A stretch of DNA of 64,000 nt, taken from Stylophora pistillata (taxonomy: Eukaryota). Under the pieces are notes generated by a model. That model did not search any database and was not told the DNA's origin. It worked only from the letters and a program-made list of their open reading frames with translations. The translations under genes were made by a program, and so were the position numbers. The stretch covers positions 278,511 through 342,510 of the forward strand of contig NW_019218104.1 in assembly GCF_002571385.2 (NCBI RefSeq), read 5' to 3'. Numbering within the stretch: position 1 is the first letter of the stretch; every line of letters starts with the position of its first letter. Shown here piece after piece: positions 56,484-64,000 of the stretch.

Positions 56484-59400
56484 ATTAAGTACGATTATTT
56501 GGGGTGTACAGGGTCAGGGTTTCCCTCGCATACAGAATATATATATGTGTATGTATGTATGTATAGTTATAATTTGGAATTTTCAACGAATATGAGAAAA
56601 TAGAAAATCTACTTCTGAAAGAGAAATGAAAGAAAGAGATAAGTCGTGTGGCGTGTCGCCTGGGTCTGAAAGAATTACCGTGACAGAAGACATTTTATAT
56701 TTCTACCAACACTAAAGTTAAGTATCTCTGGTCTTCTATTCTTCATTTTTAGTTATTTTTGGCTCAAAACCTGCTTGGAAACTCTGCTTTCCCCATTGAC
56801 TTGAACACGCGGTGCATGACACTGTTCTCTAGGATGATATTTTCCGGTCTTTGTGACCTATATGGAAGGATGCTTAATCAGCCGTCAATATGGCCTTTTT
56901 AGATTGCACTGCGCTTTTAAAACACTGGTCAAATGTCTTGCTTCAAATAGTTAGAGCTGTCAATTATCATTGTGGTCACCTTGAAAACTAATACAAGGTG
57001 CCTGAAGACAAATACATTATATCATTTTCAGTCGCTTCAGTAGAACTCTTACTTTCTTTTATTTTCCGGGCTTGAAAAGAAAAAAAAAATATAGTTCAAT
57101 ACCCGACGTTGTTTGAGCTTAGAAAACAAGCGTTTCAGCCATTATAAAATTATTTTCCATTGATGCCATATTTTTCCCTTTTTTTCTTCTTCTTTTATTG
57201 TAAAATGAGCCATTTGAGATAATCGCTTCACTAAGTGGTTTCGTGACTGTTCTCGAAAGCGTCGTCAACAATTCAGGCGTTACGAAGTCAAGGGTATGAA
57301 TCCTAATTGGGGTTTTGATATGACAACCAATATGAATAATTAAAAAATCAATCGATAGAATCGAGAAATTAGATTTGTTTATAACACATGTCATTCGTTT
57401 TTTCAACGGGATGACTTAAAAAAAATCGCTTTTTTATCAGGATTTTAGTTAAGACAAGGACAAATGTGTTGTTATGAACAATCACAGATGATCAGAACTG
57501 GAACATATGTCTTGCCCGATGTTAACACGCCCGTTGGAGCAAGAAGCAGGTCGTAACAAAAACAGTTTGACTGACACCGTTTCGACCCAGCTCCTCATTT
57601 CAATTGGAAAGCGGTTAAGTTTAGACAAACACCCTTATTTCTCATTTGGATAATTGGTGAAAACGTTGAGAAAAACCGTAGGTGGTATTACCTGGTATAG
57701 CACAGTTCCCAACCAATCACAAACTCAAGAAGAGATGTAGTTTTCAAAATATATGTCAAAACGTTGCAATTTGCCAAAAAAAAAATGGTAGGTTTTGTTT
57801 ATAAACGTTGTTGACGGGTGATGTACAAAACTAAATAAAATCAAATGCTATGTTTAATTCACTTAAAAGAAAAAAAAAGTTTAAATCGATTGATCATTGC
57901 TTGATTAATGAGCGTCCTGAGTCTCAATCAATGCAGTTGGTCTTTAGAAATAACCTGGGAAGAGGAGCAAACCTGAAGCAGTTCACTGCGAAAGCTCCTT
58001 GAGAAGGACGTCATCTGATCACACTCAATGACAAAAAAGACCAGATCCGTTACTACTTTGGTAACGATACTAATTGCTTAACTCTTTCACTTTCAAGATC
58101 TAAAGATACTGACTTTTTTTACTTAGCCAGCCACACATTTCTTATGATTCTCGCTCTGAGAAACAAACGGTGTTCAATCGGACAATAGTCACTAATTTGA
58201 TTTTGTTTTTCATTTTTTCCATCACCCTTCTGTTTAAAAACACGGAGCTGTTGTGATGAGGAATTATGAGTTGGTGACCCCCTGGGAGTGAAGGGCTGAA
58301 CATGATTTTTGAGGCCCCACCACCATTGTGTCAATCAGAACTTTCTGTCTCTGAATTGCAAATCAAATTGGCCGGGAGTACACCGAGTGCAAACAACCAG
58401 CGCGATCAGAGATCAAGGGAGAACCCTTAACTCGTCACTAATTAACGACCTCACCTGCTTGGCTTGCTTAAAACGCTAATGAAGCGTAAAATTAAACGGG
58501 TCTCTAATTATTTCAAGTCCTCCTCGCTGAAACCCTTTCACATACAAAAGTGTCCGAGGGCTAGGTAGAAAAAAGGAGAGATAACAATGTATTTTCAACC
58601 AAAAATTTCAAAATGCTGTCGGAAAAACGAACCGTCTTCGAAAAAGGTGGTAGCCGCTAGCTTTTATGTTACTGAATGCTCACTCTCTTTGAGACACAAC
58701 TGTCTGCGTCACATCTGCTGACACGTTTTGACAGACACTCAGTAGGCTTCTCAACTGAAAGGGTTGAGTGGCCCGGAACAGTTTCTCTGGGGAGGCGCTC
58801 TTTCAGTTGTTGTTTTTTGTCTTATTTCCTCGAAGAAAACATGCCAATGAGCACATCAAGGCAGAATTGCTCAACTAAGCAAGAAAGTTAACAAGTTTCA
58901 TTGGCAATCAGAATTCATAGAACCAGCTCGGGTCCAAAATTTTGTACCGTATGCAACAGCTCGATATTTGCAATTGCGCATCAAAACATGATTTTTCAAA
59001 CAGTCATTTCTTCCAATCGGCGTTGTAACACTTCAATCTATAATTTCTTCCCTTTTCCCGTGGCAGTATATTAACGGCGTTTCAGCTCTTCAGTCAACTT
59101 CATAAGAGCATTAATGATTTAAGGCAAGCGATCTTTAGAGTCCAATTAATAATGAATGCACCCACCGCTATATACCTGGAGTGCTTTAGGTTTTGGTCAA
59201 ATAGAAATAAGTGAAAGGGAAGGAAGATAACGTCGCTAAGTACGTAAGGGCGGGCTGTCCATTACAGTAGTGTAGTAGTTTAGGATAGCCTGTTCACTTG
59301 AAAACTGCGTCGGCCACGATCTCAGTTTTGTGAAACTACTCTTGGTCTGTGTAACATAACGGCGACCACAAATTCAAAATTCACAGGTTTTGCCGCTTTC

Positions 59401-59510
59401 GTGAGGTGTCGGAGTCCATGTCAAAGAAATCCTTCTTTAGGACACGAGAAAAGCAACAGTAACATATGCTGGTGTATTAAAAAACGGCTTTTTCTACCGA
59501 AGTCTACGAC

Positions 59511-60389
59511 ATGTCTGGTGAAGCGGAGGGATTATGGACGGGAGAAATCGAAACAAGTTTTCAAGAGGCGCTCGCAATCTACCCGCCGTGTGGAAGACAA
59601 AAGATCATGTTGTCAACCAAAGACAAGATGTACGGTAGAAACGAGCTCATTGCGAGATATATACTTATGAAAACTGGCAAAGTTCGAACTCGAAAACAAG
59701 TCGCCAGTCACATTCAAGTTCTGGCTCGGAAAAAAATCCGCCAGTTTCAGTCAAGGATCAAAGAGAAGACATACATAAACGATGGGTTACAAGAAATGAT
59801 GACGATGTCCTCCGCAGAGATTCTGTCGCCTGTCGTACACCACGGAAGCGAAGGCTACGAAGCCCCGTCATGTTCTGATATTCCGCCGGGTCTTCCGCCA
59901 GCGTTGTTACCGTGCTATTCGACTCCGGGCCCGAGTCAACATGGACAGTTAATGGTGGAAATTCCGCGAGCCCGTACTCCGCCGAAATTGCAGTTCCCGC
60001 TGATACCGAGGGAGCACATACCAGGAATACCCGAATTTACGCCTCCTCGCACGCCTTCTCACAAACTGGAAACCAACTTCCGAGAGAGTACTTTTCAAAG
60101 CAGTTTGACTTGGGAAGTACCTGATATTACTCAGGAATTAAGCTACAGGGAAACACAAGAAGAGCTCTCTCCAAAATCTGGCATCAGCGGGAGTCATAGC
60201 AATGGGAACATGTGGCGTTCGATCCCGGAAGTTATCTACAGCACAAGATGCAAAGAAGAGCCCGTTATTTCAACGTGTGTCTTAGGCGTGTCAGCATCGT
60301 CCACTTTGCCGGAGACGCCAACATTCGATGACTATTTGGTGTACGACGCTGACCAAACTTGTCCATCTATTGACTTCTCGGACATGTAA
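59511..60389 (+). CDS. Intronless TEA/ATTS-domain transcription factor-like protein (292 aa) without a YAP-binding domain
   Basis: N-terminal [28 protein letters not shown]...[34 protein letters not shown] is a complete TEA domain. The rest is Pro/Ser/Thr-rich with an acidic-aromatic tail. Uninterrupted 879-nt ORF. Confidence 0.88.
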   Translation: MSGEAEGLWTGEIETSFQEALAIYPPCGRQKIMLSTKDKMYGRNELIARYILMKTGKVRTRKQVASHIQVLARKKIRQFQSRIKEKTYINDGLQEMMTMSSAEILSPVVHHGSEGYEAPSCSDIPPGLPPALLPCYSTPGPSQHGQLMVEIPRARTPPKLQFPLIPREHIPGIPEFTPPRTPSHKLETNFRESTFQSSLTWEVPDITQELSYRETQEELSPKSGISGSHSNGNMWRSIPEVIYSTRCKEEPVISTCVLGVSASSTLPETPTFDDYLVYDADQTCPSIDFSDM

Positions 60390-61932
60390 ACATTGGTAAT
60401 TATGAAAAAAAGCATTTTTATTTCCTTTCGTCTATCTTTTATTTGAAATATTCTTGCTGTGTTAAGATTACGTGTTATTGTTTGCGTAACGAGTTCTTCA
60501 ACGGGTTTGCTTCACTCGTTGCAGGACTTGAAAAAAATCACTTTCCGTTTCGCCAACCTCTTCTTTTGTCTCACAACCTGTCGCAGAAAAGTTTCTCCGG
60601 TCGGGTGCTATAACGTGAAATTTTAATTTTGTTAACTATCAGACCAAATTAATGTTAATTTTGTCTTCATCAGTGGTGAAGATATGTTGCGAGGAAAAAA
60701 ATTTAAGGTTGGAACGGAATTAGCCTTAATCTAATGTAATTTTCACTTGTCAGATCAATTGTTTAGTTTCAACCAAATTTGTTCCATTTGAACTTTCCAT
60801 TCATTACGATAATGAATTTATCAGAGCAAAACCATCACGAGCTTTTATCGAAGAAGAAAAAGCAAAATTTAAGACACCTTTTCCCCTCTTTCAATGAGAA
60901 CTAAGCTTGGCTTCCGGTTATTTTTCTTTTATTTCCGTTTCTGTTTTTTTTTTCGTCCGCTGTTTTAATGCCACCTGTTATTCGCTTTAACGGTTGACAC
61001 ATCAGATACCCGTGTTCGAGGCAGGGTTTTCTTTCATGTATCTTGCTTATTCATTCTCCCAAAACAAAAACTACTCTTTACTCTTTTCATAAGATCCTTT
61101 GTCGGTCACGGTTCACTGTGTATACTTGTCGCAGCTCACACTTCAACCGGGGCGGCGATAAACCACCAGTTCTATTCAAGCACCCTAATTCTCGCTTGAC
61201 AGAAGCACGCGCCACCTAGTGTCTTTAAGGCAATTGTCCAATCGTATTCTTGATACAAAATGAAGATTGATGAGTTTTGGATCCACCAAGTAAAACCATG
61301 AAGTTTTCTACTTATCAACTTGGGTTGCGCTATATATATATCAAAGGCTATATATATATCCATAAGAACAATTTCAGTTCAGTAGTCATTTATTTTATTT
61401 ACAACACCGTAGCGATGGGAAATACCAAGGCCTGTCTATTGTCTGGAGCTACAAGGGCGTACTGATACCGTGTAAACGCTAAGAAGGCTCATGGCAGGCG
61501 GTTCGTTAGCTAATTAGTCAATTTTAGCCGTTGTTGTCACGGTATACTGACTTTTTCTCCTGTCAACTTGCGCGATCCTTAACATCATTTGAACCAGTTG
61601 GTTCCTTTAAGTTGCGGTTGAAAGAAACAACTTAGCTTTATAGTGTTATGATATGAGATCAGGGATAATCAGTAACTGAACTGAGACCAACCTTGAATTG
61701 CTTTACTTGGTTCAGTCATGCATTCTGTCAATTTACTCAACAACCAACTCTCCTTGAAAAGCGTTCTCAAAGGTCCAGCCCGTGATAGATTTTCCTGATC
61801 AGATTCGCGAGGCAAATAGAGGTAGAAATACTAAGGGCTTACTTTTCATGGAGGAGTTATAGTATCATTGCATTTGTGCCAGTGTATATCAAATGCCGGT
61901 GTGAATATCAAAATGTCGTGGTTTTATCAATA

Positions 61933-62301
61933 GGGACCTTAAGCACTCACGACGGCAAAGCCAAGGAAGGCTTCGATTAAAAAATGAATTTCTACTCTTA
62001 GTTAGAATTTCAAAAATGGCTTCATGAGCTTACTGTCTCATACGGCGCCACAGCTCAACTTCAGCATGACGTATAAAAGTAGCGTTGAGTTCCAAATGGA
62101 AATTAAAATAATTTGCCGTCCGTCGCGGTTTCGGTTCGCAGACGACGCAAATTTTGGCGATTTCACGTTGTTGTTTTGCATAGGACGGCTAAGAAATGTA
62201 CAAAGTTTCAAAATGCACGTGCTGAGCTATTGTTCTGCCAATTAGATCTCTTGTTTTTCCACGTCCTCGTTGCCGTCGCCGTCGTGGTTACTTAAGGTCC
62301 C
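61933..62301. mobile_element. MITE with GGGACCTTAAG TIRs
   Basis: gggaccttaag at 61933-61943 and cttaaggtccc at 62291-62301, flanked by aata on both sides. Confidence 0.75.
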
Positions 62302-64000
62302 AATATCGCGGCTCATAATGATTCTAAAAGAATCTGTAGTCTGACCAAAGCAGTGGAAGAGAGTATAAAATACTGTCAACGATGGGAACGAATTTGACCA
62401 ATGCCTCTTAGATTGTCACTTCGACTCAAGCTTGGTTAACTCATATCAAGACCGAGGCCAAGGCAAAATTATACCTCATTCAACCATCAAAACATGTTTG
62501 GTTAAACTGGATTTAACAGAATGAAAATTAGAAACTGAGAAATGAAAAACTAAATTTTCCAAAGAATTCAAGTTGTCACTAACTTGTATTTTTTTTAACG
62601 TGCTAAATAAGAAGTAGACAAATATCAGGTTTAAGCTGCTTCAGTGAAAAGAAAAATTTAAATCGTGTTTAACTGAACAGCTTCTAACACAGGTCTCGGC
62701 TTGGGTGTGATTGGGGTATCAGACATAAGAGTTCATTGAGTTTCGTTTCAGTTGCCGCGTCTTGCCACAAACTTCTCCTCAAAGCGTCGTAGACTGTGAA
62801 GCCAGCTTTTAAACGCAAGATTCCCAGGCTGTAATTTTTGACGAGATTTCCAGCCTTTTTCTTGTATTATAAATAATGCGCTATTATTCAATGCAAGCGT
62901 TAGTTTCACCGAAGATATGTAAATTAAGCGTGCTAACTTATCAAACCTAAATCTTGCTGGAATGATGTCGGAATTTAATCAAGACCGAAAACGCCTGGAA
63001 TTCTGCGTACCCCTGTATGATATGCCTCTCTTTTATACCTCCCCCCCCACCCCACCCTGTATGGAGACCCTTAAAGTAAGAGGGCATCTTGGGAAGGTTA
63101 TTAGCGTGTTTACTCTAAATAATATTTTAGAGTTAGATTATTAGTTGGATTAGTTATATTATTATTATTAATATTATTATTATTATTCTTATTCTTATTA
63201 CCGTTTTATATGCTTTACATTATGTATTGTTGCCTTTTAGTTTCCTCTAACGAATTCACGAAAAGGTGAAGTTTAAACTAAAACACTAAAACAGCGACAA
63301 ACCTAAATAATATTTTATCGTAATTTAATCATATTATGTAGCAAATTAATGTATGACAGAGTTCAAACTTAAAGCCAAGACGCAACCTTGAACAACTGTT
63401 CATTACGTTTAGGCAAGGTTTGGTTTGGTATTGGCATTTAAACGTCGCTATTTCAACGTATTTTTATATCTATTTTGTTAAATAATAGGTAATATTTAAG
63501 GATATTAGTTTAAAATAAAATATCTCAAAGGACCCTGATACCTTTAAGAACCTTTTGCTGCTCTCAACAAAAAAAAAAAAAGAAAAACGCACAGCGGCTC
63601 TTTTAAACGGTTAGAACGAATAGCCGCCATGATTACCCGCGAGAGGTACTCGTTTTATTTTGGTTCTCAAAGGTGTCAGATGTAACCAGCGATTACAGAA
63701 ACGCAATCAGTGTTTTCTGCGTTTTTTTAGCGACAGCAAAATGTTAGTTACCAATAGCTGCTTAAAAAGTGTAAAAACTGTACATTACTTACTTTGCTAT
63801 ACAAAGAGCTATTTTTGCACAGAAACGTTTTGGTAGCCCATAAGGGAACCTTTCTTCAAAAAGTACTTTAGGCTGGTAGTGCTCTCTTAATTTGCAACGT
63901 TATTACCCTTATTTTTTTAAATTATCTCAAACGGGTTACCAATCAAATGGACATTGCTTAGATTAAAATTAAAGTACTCAGTAAGGATTAATATTTTTTT

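Overview
AT-rich, intron-containing animal genomic DNA with assembly gaps. The gene families and repeats look like those of a stony coral (Scleractinia; inferred, not proven). Layout: (i) 1-20.4 kb is a birth-and-death cluster of short-chain-collagen-C4-like genes with the architecture type II TM / coiled coil / basic cleavage site / short Gly-X-Y / Cys-rich C-domain. There is one apparently intact copy (A), one near-intact copy (E), two pseudogenes (B, C) and an exon-1 relic, and the four copies look like reciprocal recombinants. (ii) 20.9-29.5 kb is a retroelement graveyard: Penelope-like elements (PLEs) with hammerhead ribozymes, a CR1/L2 RT and an LTR-like piece. (iii) 32.9-36.3 kb is a disrupted TPR-CHAT (TTC28-like) caspase-fold gene. 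(iv) 40-53.6 kb is a housekeeping block: PSMA7 (-, with an intronic tRNA-Glu-CTC) head-to-head with CENP-T (+), then ENY2 (+). (v) 54-56.5 kb holds nested elements, including an L1/Tx1 5' end abutting a truncated hammerhead and a foldback carrying two tRNA-like arms. (vi) 59.5-60.4 kb is an intronless TEA-domain gene lacking the YAP-binding domain. Exon coordinates were read by eye from splice sites and reading frames.
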